Source: Atopobiaceae bacterium | Lineage (GTDB): Bacteria > Actinomycetota > Coriobacteriia > Coriobacteriales > Atopobiaceae | Direction of reading: 5' to 3' | Assembly: GCA_030525685.1 (NCBI GenBank) | Contig: JAUNEG010000012.1 | Coordinates: 289-64,288, forward strand | DNA length: 64,000 nucleotides | Shown: in pieces, positions 25,737 through 36,728 of the stretch | Layout: each line of letters begins with the position of its first letter | Numbering within the stretch: position 1 is the stretch's first letter | Notes under the pieces: generated by a model | Seen by the model: only the letters and a program-made list of their open reading frames with translations | What the model was told of the DNA's origin: nothing | The model's database searches: none | Made by a program: the position numbers and the translations under genes

Positions 25737-27506
25737 ATGCATCTCGAGCACGTCAGCTCGCCCACAGACGTCCGCGCCCTCCCCGCCTCCGCGCTCCCCG
25801 CCCTCGCCGCCGAGATCCGCTCCGCCATCGTCGGGAGCACGTCCGTCATGGGCGGCCACACCGGCTCCAACCTCGCGTCCGTCGAGCTCACCATCGCGCT
25901 CCACCGCGTGTTCGAGACCCCGCGCGACAAGATCGTCTTCGACGTCTCCCACCAGACGTACGCCCACAAGATGCTCACCGGACGCGCGGGCGCGTTCCTC
26001 GACCCCGCGCGCTACGGCGAGGTCTCCGGGTTCTCCAACCCCTCCGAGTCCGAGCACGACCTCTTTGCCATGGGCCACACGTCCACGTCCGTGAGCCTTG
26101 CCTGCGGCCTCGCGGCGGCGCGCGACCTCGCGGGCGAGAAGTACGACGTGGTGGCCGTCATCGGAGACGGCTCGCTCTCCGGCGGGCTGGCCTTCGAGGG
26201 GCTGGACAACGCCGTCGAGCTGGGCAGCAACCTCATCGTCGTCGTGAACGACAACGAGTGGTCCATCGCCCCCAACCACGGCGGCCTCTATCGCAACCTC
26301 GCCGAGCTGCGGGCCACCCACGGCGAGGCGCCGAGAAACGCGTTCCGCGCGCTGGGCCTGGACTACCGCTACCTCGAGGACGGGCACGACATCACCGCCC
26401 TCGAGGCCGCGCTCGCCGAGCTGCGCGGCACGGACCACCCCGTGGTGCTGCACGTCCACACCGAGAAGGGCCATGGCTACGCGCCTGCCGCCGGCAACCC
26501 CGAGGGCTGGCACCACGCCGTCCCCTTCGACGTCGAGACGGGCGCCGCCCTGCCCGGCGCCGCGGCCCACCCCGCCGACGAGAACTACGCCAACGTCACC
26601 GGCGCGCTCCTCATGGACTGGATGCGGACGGACCCGCGCGTCGTCGCGGTGAACGCCGCCACCCCCTACATCATGGGCTTCACCCCCGAGCTCCGCGCGC
26701 GGGCGGGGGCCCAGTTCGTGGACGTCGGAATCGCCGAGGAGCACGCGGTCAGCTACGCGACCGGGCTCGCCCGCGGCGGCGCCCGACCGGTCCTGGGCAT
26801 CTACGCCACCTTCCTGCAGCGGGCCTACGACCAGCTCTGGCACGACCTCTGCCTGAACGCCGCCCCGGTGACCATCCTCGTCTTCGGCGCGTCCGCCTTC
26901 GGCACCTCCGATGCCACCCACCTGGGCTTCTTCGACATCCCCATGCTCGGGTCCATGCCCGGGCTCACCTACCTCGCCCCCACCTGCATCGAGGAGTACC
27001 TCGACATGCTCTCCTGGTCGATCGAGCACGAGGGCGGGCCCGTGGCCATTCGCGTGCCCGTCGCAGAGGGCGTGGTGTCCCGGCCGGACTTCGCGCGCGC
27101 GGACGACTACGCCCGCGGCTGGGAGGTCCTGCGCGAGGGATCCGACGTTGCCCTGCTCGCCCTCGGCGACTTCCTCCCGCTCGGGGAGCGGGTCGCGGAC
27201 GCGCTGGGCGAGCGCGGCGTGAGCGCCACGCTGGTCAACCCCCGCCTCGCCACCACCACCGACGAGGCCCTGCTCGGCCTCCTCGCCGCCGGGCATCGCG
27301 TGATCGTGACCCTCGAGGACGGCATCCTGGACGGCGGCTTCGGCGAGCGCTGCACCCGTGCCCTGTCGACCGACGACGTCCGTACCCTGTGCTACGGGCT
27401 TCCGCGGGCCTTCGTGGACCGCTACGACCCGGACGCCCTTCTCGCCAGCTGCGGCATCACCGTCGAGGGCGTCGTCGCGGACGCGCTGGCCGCGCTGGGG
27501 CGCTAG
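25737..27506 (+). CDS. dxs: 1-deoxy-D-xylulose-5-phosphate synthase family protein
   Basis: GGHTGSNL, FDVSHQTY, GDGSLSGG...NDN, GIAEEHA. Confidence 0.9.
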   Translation: MHLEHVSSPTDVRALPASALPALAAEIRSAIVGSTSVMGGHTGSNLASVELTIALHRVFETPRDKIVFDVSHQTYAHKMLTGRAGAFLDPARYGEVSGFSNPSESEHDLFAMGHTSTSVSLACGLAAARDLAGEKYDVVAVIGDGSLSGGLAFEGLDNAVELGSNLIVVVNDNEWSIAPNHGGLYRNLAELRATHGEAPRNAFRALGLDYRYLEDGHDITALEAALAELRGTDHPVVLHVHTEKGHGYAPAAGNPEGWHHAVPFDVETGAALPGAAAHPADENYANVTGALLMDWMRTDPRVVAVNAATPYIMGFTPELRARAGAQFVDVGIAEEHAVSYATGLARGGARPVLGIYATFLQRAYDQLWHDLCLNAAPVTILVFGASAFGTSDATHLGFFDIPMLGSMPGLTYLAPTCIEEYLDMLSWSIEHEGGPVAIRVPVAEGVVSRPDFARADDYARGWEVLREGSDVALLALGDFLPLGERVADALGERGVSATLVNPRLATTTDEALLGLLAAGHRVIVTLEDGILDGGFGERCTRALSTDDVRTLCYGLPRAFVDRYDPDALLASCGITVEGVVADALAALGR

Positions 27507-27509
27507 GCC

Positions 27510-28883
27510 CTACTCCACCTCGTCCGGCTCCACGGCGTCGAGCGTCTCCCCCCTCTCGGCACGCGCCTCGGCGAACTTCTCGCGCATCGTGGGATTCTTC
27601 CAGGTGAGCTTCCTGATGGTGAGCTCGTCGGCCTTCTTGTTGGCAAGACGCAGCTGGTTCTCCGACGAGGTGAGGTTCTCCTTGACCTTCTGGAGGTGCG
27701 CGATGGTCTTGTCAATCTCGTCTATCGCCGTCTGGAACTTGCGGGACGCCGTCTCATAGTTCTTCCCGAACCTGTCCTTGAAGTCCTCGAGCGCGTCCTC
27801 GAAGCGCGTGATGTCGATGTTCTGCTGACGGACCTCCGCGAGCTCGCGACGGTAGGAGTGCGCGTTCTCCGCGGCGTTTCTCAGCAGCGTGATCATGGGG
27901 ATGAAGAACTGCGGGCGGATGACGTACATCTTCTCGTACTCGTAGGAGACGTCCACGATGCCCGAGTTGTAGAGCTCGCTCTCCGGCTCGAGCATGGAGA
28001 CGAGCACTGCGTACTCGCAGTTCTTGTTGCGACGGTCCTGGTCGAGCTTCTTGAGGAAGTCGGCGTTCTTGTGGCGGCTGGAGGCGGCCGAGGCGTCATC
28101 CTCGTTCTTCATCTCGAACATGATGGAGACGACCTCGACGCCGTCATCGTCCACCTCGCGGAAGACGTAGTCGCCCTTGGAGCCTCCCACGACCTCGTTG
28201 TCCTTGTGGAACTCCGCGCCGCGGAAGCCGAGGCTGCGCCAGCGGTTGAACTCCATCTCGCAGTGCTGCTCCAGCGTCTCGCCGATGAGCTTGGTCGAGA
28301 GGCGGGCGCGCTGGTTGCGCAGACGCTCGATCTCGTCCTCGCGGTCGCGGATGGTCTGGTCCTTGTACTGGGCCTGCTCGGCCATCTGCTGGCGCAGCGT
28401 GGCCTCCGTCTGCTGGCGCTCGAGCTGCGCGGCGCGCAGGCTCCCCTCCAGCTCCACGATGCGGCGGTCCTGCTCGCCGGTGGCCTGGGTGACGGCGAGG
28501 GCCCTCTCGGCGTCGAACGCGGACTCGCGCGCCTTGAGCTGCTCCGTGAGCTGCGCGATCTGGCGCTCCCGCTCGGCGAGCTGTTCGGCGAGGCTCTTCT
28601 CGGCGTGCGCGCGCTCCAGGGCCAGCGCGTCCGCGCTCTCCCTGACACGGGCCTTGAGCTGGGCGATCTCCGCGTCCTTCTGCGCCGAGGACGTCAGCGC
28701 CTCCTGGCGCGCCCGCGCGACGGCCGCCTCGACCGCGCTCTCGCGCTCGCGCTCGGCGCTCCTCTCGCGCGCCGTGAGCTCGCGCCGGAACTCGGCGTCG
28801 CGCACCTGGCGCACGATCTGCGCGTACTCCGTCTCGTCGACCTGGAACACCTCGCCGCAGTGCGGGCACCTGATCTCCGCCAT
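27510..28883 (-). CDS. DUF2130-like coiled-coil protein
   Basis: N-terminal CPHCG; GETLEQHCE; FEMKNE; YAVLVSMLE. Confidence 0.8.
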   Translation of the reverse strand: MAEIRCPHCGEVFQVDETEYAQIVRQVRDAEFRRELTARERSAERERESAVEAAVARARQEALTSSAQKDAEIAQLKARVRESADALALERAHAEKSLAEQLAERERQIAQLTEQLKARESAFDAERALAVTQATGEQDRRIVELEGSLRAAQLERQQTEATLRQQMAEQAQYKDQTIRDREDEIERLRNQRARLSTKLIGETLEQHCEMEFNRWRSLGFRGAEFHKDNEVVGGSKGDYVFREVDDDGVEVVSIMFEMKNEDDASAASSRHKNADFLKKLDQDRRNKNCEYAVLVSMLEPESELYNSGIVDVSYEYEKMYVIRPQFFIPMITLLRNAAENAHSYRRELAEVRQQNIDITRFEDALEDFKDRFGKNYETASRKFQTAIDEIDKTIAHLQKVKENLTSSENQLRLANKKADELTIRKLTWKNPTMREKFAEARAERGETLDAVEPDEVE

Positions 28884-29214
28884 GGGACCCTCCGTCCTTC
28901 TCGCCTGGCGTAAATCTTACCCGCCCCACCGGACAACAATTGCGAGAAGCCCGGGACCGACCGCCTCGCGCGCCCCTCCCGCGCGGCCAGCAGGCGCCGG
29001 TGACGGGTTCTGCGTCCCGTCGCGGCCATCGGGCGCCCACGATGCGCACGACCTGTCACTCGAAAGCCTGCCAGGGCGCACGGCCGCCCGCGGCACGTAA
29101 AACCCGTCACTCGAGAAGGACGGCGGGCGCCCGACCGACGCCGGCCGACGAGAAGGGCCCCGCGCCGGACACGCTGCCGGCACGGGGCCCAGAGTCGCCG
29201 CCCTTCCCGACGCG

Positions 29215-30591
29215 CTAGCGTCCGAAGGGGTTATTGCGCTGCCGCTGGTACTGCTCGTAGAGGCGGATGAGGTCGTCGACGCTGATCTCCTGGCCGTTGA
29301 CGGTCACGGTCTCCTCCTCCTGCTGCTCCTGGAGCGCCTCGTCGGAGCCGAGCGTCACCTCGAAGGTCCTCTCCTGGTCGCCGCGCATGACCGTGACCTC
29401 CACGGTGTCGCCGATCTCGTGGGAGCGCACGGCGAGGATGGCGCCGTCCGCCGAGCCGATGGTCTCGCCGCCGATGCTGGTGATGACGTCGCCGGCCTGG
29501 ATGCCCGCCTCGGCGGCCGGCCCGCCCTCGGTGACCTCAACGACGTAGGCGCCCTCGTCGACCGCCAGCCCGTTGGAGAGCGCGTTGGACGGCGTCACGG
29601 TCTGCATGGAGAGGCCGATGTAGGCGTGGGTGACCGTCTCACCGGCGATGATCTTGTCGACGACCTGCGTGGCGTAGTCGCTCGGGATCGCGTAGCCGAT
29701 GCCGGCGAAGCTCTCCGTGTCGGACGAGAAGAGCGTGCAGATGCCCACGAGCTGGCCGCGGTCGTTCACGAGCGCGCCGCCGGAGTTGCCCGGGTTGATC
29801 GTGGCGTCGGTCTGGATGAGGTTGGTGTAGAGGGTGTTGCCCGAGGCGCCGCTGAGCAGCGTGCTGCGCGAGAGCGCGGAGACGATGCCCTGCGAGACGG
29901 AGTTCTCGAGACCGAAGGGGCTGCCCACGGACATGACCCAGTCGCCCACCTGGAGCGCGGAGGAGTCGCCGACCTCCATGGGCGTGACCTCGTCGTCGCC
30001 GAAGTCCACGTGGATCACCGCGACGTCGCTGGAGGGGTCAGTCCCCACGAGCGTGGCGTCGTAGCTCTTGCCGTTGTAGGTGACCGAGATGCTCTCCGCG
30101 CCCTCCACCACGTGGTGGTTGGTGATGATGTTGCCGTCGGTGTCGTAGATGACGCCGGAGCCCATGCCCTCGCCCTCGGCGAAGGTGCAGTAGATCGTCG
30201 CCACCGACGGGAGCGCCTTGGCGGCGACCGCGTTGGCGGTGGTGGTGTCCTCGTCGGAGGGGTCGATCGTGATCTGCTGGGTGCCGTCGGTGGCCACGAT
30301 CTGCGGGTCCGTCGTGCCGACGACGCCGGTCGCGAACAGCGTCCCCGCCAGCAGGCCCGCGCCGAGGACGCCGCCCAGAAGACCCATCAGCAGCGCCTTG
30401 AGGCCGGTGCGGGGCTTGCCGCCCTTCTCGTGCTTGGGCGCCGGGTCGTGGTCGAAGTCGGGGGGCGCGGGGTGAGCGGGTGCGGGCGGGCGGGCCTCGG
30501 TGCGGGCCTGCGCGTCCTGCCCGTCCGTCTCCTCGGTCCTTCTCCTCAGGCCCTCGGGCTCGGGGGCGCCGTAGTCAGGGTACTCGCTCAT
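29215..30591 (-). CDS. htrA: HtrA-family membrane serine protease with PDZ domain
   Basis: TM segment, TNHHVV, SDVAV, INPGNSGG, then PDZ. Confidence 0.92.
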   Translation of the reverse strand: MSEYPDYGAPEPEGLRRRTEETDGQDAQARTEARPPAPAHPAPPDFDHDPAPKHEKGGKPRTGLKALLMGLLGGVLGAGLLAGTLFATGVVGTTDPQIVATDGTQQITIDPSDEDTTTANAVAAKALPSVATIYCTFAEGEGMGSGVIYDTDGNIITNHHVVEGAESISVTYNGKSYDATLVGTDPSSDVAVIHVDFGDDEVTPMEVGDSSALQVGDWVMSVGSPFGLENSVSQGIVSALSRSTLLSGASGNTLYTNLIQTDATINPGNSGGALVNDRGQLVGICTLFSSDTESFAGIGYAIPSDYATQVVDKIIAGETVTHAYIGLSMQTVTPSNALSNGLAVDEGAYVVEVTEGGPAAEAGIQAGDVITSIGGETIGSADGAILAVRSHEIGDTVEVTVMRGDQERTFEVTLGSDEALQEQQEEETVTVNGQEISVDDLIRLYEQYQRQRNNPFGR

Positions 30592-30885
30592 GGCATGACT
30601 TCCTCTCTGCGGCAGGGCCGCGTCGTCTTCCACTGCACAATGTACCCCGCCGGCCGACGCGCTGTCGCGGCGGGGGCGGCACCACCTGCGCGACACGTTG
30701 CTTTTCGGTTCCTGAAAGTCGCGAGAAGGCCGGGGGCTCCAAATCGCGCGCCCCTCTCGCCCCGCGGATAACGCACAAGATCGAGCACAACTTTCTATAT
30801 CCGCAGTTGGAAATAACGCACAGTACGATTCTGTATGTTAATCGGTCGAGAAAAAAGGGCGCCCCGGAGGGCGCCCATCAAGGTC

Positions 30886-30959
30886 TGGAGGCGAAGCCCG
30901 GATTCGAACCGGGGGTCAGGGCTTTGCAGGCCCGTGCCTTACCACTTGGCCACTTCGCC
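30886..30959 (-). tRNA. tRNA-Cys(GCA)
   Basis: GGCGAAGTGGCCAAGTGGTAAGGC...CTGCAAA...GGTTCGAATCC...CCA. Confidence 0.95.
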
Positions 30960-30996
30960 GTATGAAAAAGGCCGAGAGGCTCGGCCCGGAGCTTCA

Positions 30997-31072
30997 TGGA
31001 GCGGGCTACGGGGTTCGAACCCGCGACCTCAACCTTGGCAAGGTTGCGCGCTACCAACTGCGCTAAGCCCGC
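30997..31072 (-). tRNA. tRNA-Gly(GCC)
   Basis: GCGGGCTTAGCGCAGTTGGTAGCGC...TTGCCAA...GGTTCGAACC...CCA. Confidence 0.95.
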
Positions 31073-31167
31073 AAAAGCAGAGAATACTATACGGGGCGGG
31101 ACCCGCCCGCGCAAGCGTCTTTCCACGAACGGATGAAGAAAACGTGAAGCGGGCGGGCGGCGCGGCA

Positions 31168-31920
31168 TCAGGGGCGCACGCGGGCGGCGGGACCCACGAG
31201 CTTCACGAGCCGGACCACCGTCCCCTCGCCCGACGCCTTGCGCGATATGGTGACCGAGTCCGTGAGCAGCCGCATGAGCCGTATGCCGCGCCCGCGCTCG
31301 GCGCACGGCCCCGCCTCGGGCGGCTCCTCGTCCTCGGCGAGCTCGAACCCGCACCCGCAGTCCGAGACCTCCACGCACACGCGGTCCGGGTAGTCGGCCA
31401 CCGTGACGAGCACCCCGCCCGCGCAGGTGTGGTCGACCGCGTTGCCCAGCGCCTCCCCCACCGCGAGCGTCATGTCGAACACCTCGTCGGGGGTGAGCGG
31501 CAGCTCGCCGAGAAGGTCGGCGACGCGGGCGCGGGCGTCGATGAGCGACCCCTCGTCGACGCGGAACGTCATGCGTCGCTGGGGGAGCACCCCCAGGTCC
31601 AGGTTGGCGGGCAGGGCGTGCGGGCCCGTGCGGCGCACGGGCATGAGGTCGAGCACCCTCATGCGACGGAGCGCGTGGTAGGCCTGGTCGGACACGTTCA
31701 TGAGCGAGAGCAGGCCCCCCTTGGAGCGCATCTGACGCAGCTCGGTGAGGATGAGGCCCATGCCCGCCGAGTCGACGTAGCTCGCGTCGGCGAGGTTCAG
31801 GAATATGCGTCGGCAGCCCCTCGACACGAGGCGGTCGATCCGCCGGCGCACGGCGGGGACCGTTGTCACGTCGAGGTCCCCCTCGACGGGGACGAGGGCT
31901 ATGTTCACGCGGGCAGCCAT
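31168..31920 (-). CDS. STAS (anti-anti-sigma) plus HATPase_c (anti-sigma kinase) fusion
   Basis: GDLD...YVDSAG in STAS; EALGNAVDH, D.G.GF and GRGIRLM boxes. Confidence 0.85.
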   Translation of the reverse strand: MAARVNIALVPVEGDLDVTTVPAVRRRIDRLVSRGCRRIFLNLADASYVDSAGMGLILTELRQMRSKGGLLSLMNVSDQAYHALRRMRVLDLMPVRRTGPHALPANLDLGVLPQRRMTFRVDEGSLIDARARVADLLGELPLTPDEVFDMTLAVGEALGNAVDHTCAGGVLVTVADYPDRVCVEVSDCGCGFELAEDEEPPEAGPCAERGRGIRLMRLLTDSVTISRKASGEGTVVRLVKLVGPAARVRP

Positions 31921-31949
31921 GCCCTAGTTATTCCCCGCGCGGGCGTGCC

Positions 31950-34238
31950 CTAACGCCGTGGGGAGGCCCGCTCGGCGGATGGGACGGCCGCCTCGGCCGG
32001 GGCGTCCCCCTCGCCCCGCCCGACCTCGTCGAAGCGCAGCGCCATCATGGCGACGTCGTCCTCGAGGTTGCGACCGGTGAAGGTCTCGAGCGTCTCGAGC
32101 AGGCGCCCGACGAAGCCCTCGAAGGGCCTGTCGCCCGCGGACTCCCGCATGGCCGCCTCGCGCAGGCCGTCCTCGCCGAAGAAGGCGCCGTCCCCGTTGC
32201 GCGCCTCGGTGGTCCCGTCGGTGTAGAGCAGGAGCACGTCGCCAGGGACCAGATGCGCGATGCCGTCCTGGTAGACGATATCGTGGAAGGCCCCCACGAC
32301 GCCGGACTGGACGTCCAGGGTCGAGATCTCGTCGGCGCCGACACCCACGAGCAGCGCCGGCGGGTGCCCGGCCGAGCAGTAGCGGATCGTTCCCTCGGAC
32401 AGGTCGACGATTCCCACGAAGAGCGTCGCGAAGGTCTCGAGGCGCGAGAAGCCTAGGAGGAACTCGTTGAGCGAGCGCACCATGCGCGCCGGGGCGAGCC
32501 CCTCCCAGGCATAGGCGGCGAGCGCCGTCTTCACGGCGGCGGAGACCGACGCGGCCTCCACGCCCTTGCCCGAGACGTCGCCCATGATGACGCAGGCACG
32601 CCGGCCCGGGAGGCGGACGAGGTCGTAGAAGTCCCCGCCCACCAGCGCCGACGCCGTCGCCGAAGAGTACACCGCCTCGGCGGTGATGCCCTCCACATGC
32701 TGGAGCTCGTTGCGCATGCCCGTCTGGAGCGCCTGGGAGATGCGCTTGTCCTGCTCGCGCGCCTCCTGGCCGCGTGCGATGTCGCGGACGTCCGCCACGA
32801 GGTCGAGCAGAAACTCGACCTCGAGCTCCCCGAGGGGCTCGACGTCGTCGGCGCGCAGGAGAAGCGCGCGGCGCGGGGCGCCCGACAGCTCCCCGAAGTC
32901 GAGCAGGGCGCCGACGCAGGGCTCCCCCAGCTCTCGGAGCATGCGCGACAGGTCGGACTCGGGGGAAATCGGCACCACCGCGGCCCCGTCGAGCGCATGG
33001 GGCGAGACGAGCGCGTCGAGGTCCAGGGAGAGCTCCCGAGGGCCGCTCACCGGCATGTCGACGACGACCGTGCCGCTCGCGGCCGACGGGAGCACGGGCG
33101 CGACCGTGGCCTCGAGCTCCGTCGACACCGTGCACATCACGTCCTCCATGCACGAGACCACGCGCTCGTCCCCGCCCTCGGTGGCGGCGTCGAGCAGCTC
33201 CTCGCGCAGTTCCGTCTCCAGGGAGGCGAGCTGGTCGGCACGCTGGGAGCGCAGCGCGGTGAAGGCGCTCGCCAGCTGGACCGAGAGGTAGTGGGCAACC
33301 GAGTCGAGCAGACTGGCGTCGTCCTTGAGCAGCGGGTGCATGCGCCGCCAGCCCACCTCGATGATCGCGATGACATGCCCCCCGAACCACACGGGGACCA
33401 CCATGAAGCTCGTGAACGGCGGCAGCAGCGCGCTCCTGACCCGTATGACCTCGTGGGTCTCCTCGCTCACGACCTCCCGGTGGGTGAGGCGACCATGGCG
33501 CAGGGCGTCGTTGTCGGGCGCCTTGACGCGCAGGCGCACCGTATGTCCGTCGTGAACCGCGACGCGCTCGATGCTGCGGCCGAACGGCATGAAGCGGGCG
33601 AGACGGTCGTCGAGCAGCGAGCTCGAGACGCCGCGCAGGCGGAAGCCGTCGGACTCGGAGAGGTAGACGAGGGTGCCGTCCGCCTCCATCGTCTCGGTTA
33701 TCTCCTCGAGGACGCGCCCGAAGAGCGCCTGGAGGTCGTCGGCGTCTATCGTGTCCAGCACGATGTTCAGCGTGCCGGAGAGGCGGTGGTTGGCGCGGCG
33801 CAGGTCCAGGAGGGCGCGCTCCGCCTCATGCCCAACGAGCTCGTCGCGGCCGGCGGGGATCGCGAGCAGGAGGTACGTCTCGCCCGGCGCGCGCACGCGG
33901 TCGCAGCGGACGCGCACCTCGAGCTGGCGCCCCGAGGGCGTGAGGCAGGTGACGAGGCCCGCCGTCCCGTCGAGCGGGAACGGGAGCGATCCCCCCGCCA
34001 CCTCGCCCGCGGCGGGGGCGCCGTCAGAGGAGGGGAAGAGGAGGCGCACGTCTGAGCCCACGATGCCGGCAGGGCCCGCGAAGAGCCCCTCGGCCTCCTC
34101 GTTGGCGAGCAGGACGCGGCCGGCGCCGTCGAAGACGAGCACCGCCTCGCTCGTGAGCTGCAGCATCTTGGAGAACGTCCCGACGACGCCCCCCTCTCCG
34201 ATACCCTCGACGCGCCTGCTGAGTGCGCCCTGTGCCAT
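31950..34238 (-). CDS. PAS/GAF-containing SpoIIE (PP2C) phosphatase
   Basis: VGGDFYD, MGDVSGKG, SAGHPP, YTDGTTE, DDVAM. Confidence 0.9.
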   Translation of the reverse strand: MAQGALSRRVEGIGEGGVVGTFSKMLQLTSEAVLVFDGAGRVLLANEEAEGLFAGPAGIVGSDVRLLFPSSDGAPAAGEVAGGSLPFPLDGTAGLVTCLTPSGRQLEVRVRCDRVRAPGETYLLLAIPAGRDELVGHEAERALLDLRRANHRLSGTLNIVLDTIDADDLQALFGRVLEEITETMEADGTLVYLSESDGFRLRGVSSSLLDDRLARFMPFGRSIERVAVHDGHTVRLRVKAPDNDALRHGRLTHREVVSEETHEVIRVRSALLPPFTSFMVVPVWFGGHVIAIIEVGWRRMHPLLKDDASLLDSVAHYLSVQLASAFTALRSQRADQLASLETELREELLDAATEGGDERVVSCMEDVMCTVSTELEATVAPVLPSAASGTVVVDMPVSGPRELSLDLDALVSPHALDGAAVVPISPESDLSRMLRELGEPCVGALLDFGELSGAPRRALLLRADDVEPLGELEVEFLLDLVADVRDIARGQEAREQDKRISQALQTGMRNELQHVEGITAEAVYSSATASALVGGDFYDLVRLPGRRACVIMGDVSGKGVEAASVSAAVKTALAAYAWEGLAPARMVRSLNEFLLGFSRLETFATLFVGIVDLSEGTIRYCSAGHPPALLVGVGADEISTLDVQSGVVGAFHDIVYQDGIAHLVPGDVLLLYTDGTTEARNGDGAFFGEDGLREAAMRESAGDRPFEGFVGRLLETLETFTGRNLEDDVAMMALRFDEVGRGEGDAPAEAAVPSAERASPRR

Positions 34239-34348
34239 GCGAGCCCCCTCGTCGCGGTTCCCCTCGGCTAGCGTACCACGTGACGCCGCAGGCCCGCAGG
34301 CCTGTCCGCATACGAAAACGGGCCCCTTTCGGGGCCCGTGCACCTTCG

Positions 34349-34439
34349 TGGTGTCGGAGGCGGGACTTGAACCCGCACGACCTTTTAGTCAGTCACTAGC
34401 ACCTCAAGCTAGCGCGTCTGCCAATTCCGCCACTCCGAC
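34349..34439 (-). tRNA. tRNA-Leu(GAG)
   Basis: GTCGGAGTGGCGGAATTGGCAGACGC...TTGAGGT..., long variable arm, GGTTCAAGTCC...CCA. Confidence 0.95.
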
Positions 34440-34571
34440 TTGTCACTGCGCTTTCGCGCAAGGGATAGTATGCACCACTCCCCCATCCGGTGCAAGCACC
34501 AATTTGAAAAATGGCGCCCCCGCGCTAGGACGGGGGCGCCAGGCTTCACAGAGCCGAGAAGGACCACGGGC

Positions 34572-35597
34572 CTAAAGCTCGATCGAGGTCTCCTTGATCG
34601 GGTTCACGGCCGCGCAGTGGCACGCGCAGAAGTGACCCGGCGCGACCTCGCGCAGCTCGGGCTGCTCCTCGGAGCAGACGGCCTGGGCGATCGGGCAGCG
34701 CGTGTGGAAGCGGCAGCCGCTCGGCGGGTCGATCGGCGAGGGCGGGTCACCCGGGAGGATGATGCGCTTGCGCGTCTTCTGGACGTCCGGGTCGGGCACC
34801 GGGACGGCCGAGAGCAGCGACTGCGTGTAGGGGTGGTGCGGCTCGGTGTAGAGCGTCTTCCAGTCGGAGATCTCGACGATCTTGCCGAGGTACATCACGG
34901 CCACGCGGTCGGAGATATGCTGCACGACGGAGAGGTCGTGGGCGATGAAGAGATACGCCGTCCCGAAGTGGTCCTGCAGGTCCTTGAGGAGGTTCAGGAC
35001 CTGCGCCTGGATGGACACGTCGAGCGCCGAGACCGGCTCGTCGCAGATGATGAGCTTGGGGCGCAGGGCGAAGGCACGGGCGATGCCGATGCGCTGGCGC
35101 TGGCCGCCGGAGAACTCGTGCGGGTAGCGGTTGATGTGCTCCGGGTTCAGGCCGACGACGTCGAGAAGCTCGCGGACACGCTCGATGCGCTCCTCCTTGG
35201 TCCCGATGCCGTGGATGACCATCGGCTCGGAGACGATCTCGCCGATCGTCATGCGGGGGTTCAGCGACGCCTGCGGGTCCTGGAAGACGAACTGCATCTC
35301 GCGGCGCATGGCCTTGAGCTCCTTGCTGCTCATCTGGGCGACGTCCTTGCCCTCGAAGTATACGTGACCCGCCGTGGGGTTGGTGAGGCGCATGATGGAG
35401 CGGCCGGTGGTGGACTTGCCGCAGCCGGACTCGCCGACCAGGCCGAAGGTCTCACCGGGGTAGATCTCGAAGGAGATGTCCTTGACGGCCGAGACGACGC
35501 GCTTGGAGAAGCGGCCGGCGATCATGCCGGACTCGGCGGGGAACTCCTTGGAGAGGTGCTCGACCTTGAGCAGAGGCTCCTTCGCGGTGTCGGTCAT
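34572..35597 (-). CDS. oppF: Oligopeptide ABC transporter ATPase
   Basis: [18 protein letters not shown]-terminal Cys cluster. Confidence 0.92.
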   Translation of the reverse strand: MTDTAKEPLLKVEHLSKEFPAESGMIAGRFSKRVVSAVKDISFEIYPGETFGLVGESGCGKSTTGRSIMRLTNPTAGHVYFEGKDVAQMSSKELKAMRREMQFVFQDPQASLNPRMTIGEIVSEPMVIHGIGTKEERIERVRELLDVVGLNPEHINRYPHEFSGGQRQRIGIARAFALRPKLIICDEPVSALDVSIQAQVLNLLKDLQDHFGTAYLFIAHDLSVVQHISDRVAVMYLGKIVEISDWKTLYTEPHHPYTQSLLSAVPVPDPDVQKTRKRIILPGDPPSPIDPPSGCRFHTRCPIAQAVCSEEQPELREVAPGHFCACHCAAVNPIKETSIEL

Positions 35598-36728
35598 TTA
35601 GTCCTCACCTCCCGTCAGGTCGGGGCCAAGCGTGTCGGGCATGCCCGTGGCGATCTTCCCGCGGGAGCGGGAGGTGTCGGGCGCGAACTTGAGGAACTCG
35701 GGGTCGTCGGCGAAGTGGCAGGCCGAGTAGTGGCCGGTCTCGGCGACGATGTGCTCGGGCTCCCTCTGGTGGCAGATGTCCACGGCGTAGGGGCACCTCG
35801 GCGCGAACGGGCAGCCGGAGGGCAGGTTCACGAGCGAGGGCGGGTTGCCGTGGATCGGCGTGAGCGGCTTCTTCTCGTCGATCGCCTGCTCGGGGATCGA
35901 GCGGATGAGGCCCCAGGTGTAGGGGTGGCGGCTCTCGTAGAAGATCTCGTCCGCGGTGCCGAACTCGACCGGGCGACCGGCGTACATGACCATGATCTTG
36001 TCGGCCATGTCGGCGACGACGCCCAGGTCGTGGGTGATCATGATGATGGCGTTGCCGTTCTTCTCCTGCATCCCCTTCATGAGCTCGATGATCTGGGCCT
36101 GGATGGTGACGTCCAGGGCCGTGGTGGGCTCGTCGGCGATCAGGATGTCGGGGTCGCAGGCCAGCGCCATGGCGATCATGACGCGCTGGCGCATGCCGCC
36201 GGAGAACTGGTGCGGGTACTCGTTGACGCGCTTCTCGGGGGACGGGATGCCCACGAGGCGCAGCAGCTCGGTCGCACGCTCGAGGGCCTCCTTCTTGGAG
36301 CAGCCGCGGTGCAGGCGCAGGCCCTCGCCCACCTGACGGCCGATCTTGTAGACCGGGTTCAGGGAGGTCATGGGGTCCTGGAAGATCATGGCGATGTCGT
36401 TGCCGCGGATGTGCTGCATCTCCTGCTCGCTCATCTCGAGCAGCGACTTCCCGCGATAGCGGACGTCGCCCTCCTCGATCTTCCCCGGGGGCATGTCGAT
36501 GAGGCCCATTATGGTCATGTGCGTCACGGACTTGCCGGAGCCGGACTCGCCCACGACGCCGAGGGTCTCGCCGCGGTCGAGCGTGTAGGAGACGCCGTTG
36601 ACGGCCTTGACCACGCCGTCCTCGGTGTGGAAAAACATCTTGAGGTTGTCGACCTCGAGCAGGTGGTGCCCCTCGGGGATGGGCTGCGTCTTGAGATCGA
36701 CGTAATCGCTCTTCTTCTTTGCCATCAT
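35598..36728 (-). CDS. oppD: Oligopeptide ABC transporter ATPase
   Basis: [24 protein letters not shown]. Confidence 0.92.
   Translation of the reverse strand: MMAKKKSDYVDLKTQPIPEGHHLLEVDNLKMFFHTEDGVVKAVNGVSYTLDRGETLGVVGESGSGKSVTHMTIMGLIDMPPGKIEEGDVRYRGKSLLEMSEQEMQHIRGNDIAMIFQDPMTSLNPVYKIGRQVGEGLRLHRGCSKKEALERATELLRLVGIPSPEKRVNEYPHQFSGGMRQRVMIAMALACDPDILIADEPTTALDVTIQAQIIELMKGMQEKNGNAIIMITHDLGVVADMADKIMVMYAGRPVEFGTADEIFYESRHPYTWGLIRSIPEQAIDEKKPLTPIHGNPPSLVNLPSGCPFAPRCPYAVDICHQREPEHIVAETGHYSACHFADDPEFLKFAPDTSRSRGKIATGMPDTLGPDLTGGED

Noticed and set aside
22794-27607. Very long ORFs in the track (1500 aa at 22794-27296; 977 aa at 24674-27607) and similar ones elsewhere
   Set aside because: Shadow frames of real genes in high-GC DNA; Arg/Gly/Ala-rich low-complexity translations with no motifs.
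29000-29115. Fourth repeat family (GTGACGGGTT/AACCCGTCAC)
   Set aside because: Only 10-bp arms and no second locus in the window; not enough support.
30886-34439. tRNA-anchored genomic island carrying the SpoIIE/STAS genes
   Set aside because: No duplicated tRNA 3' end, no integrase, and host-like composition.
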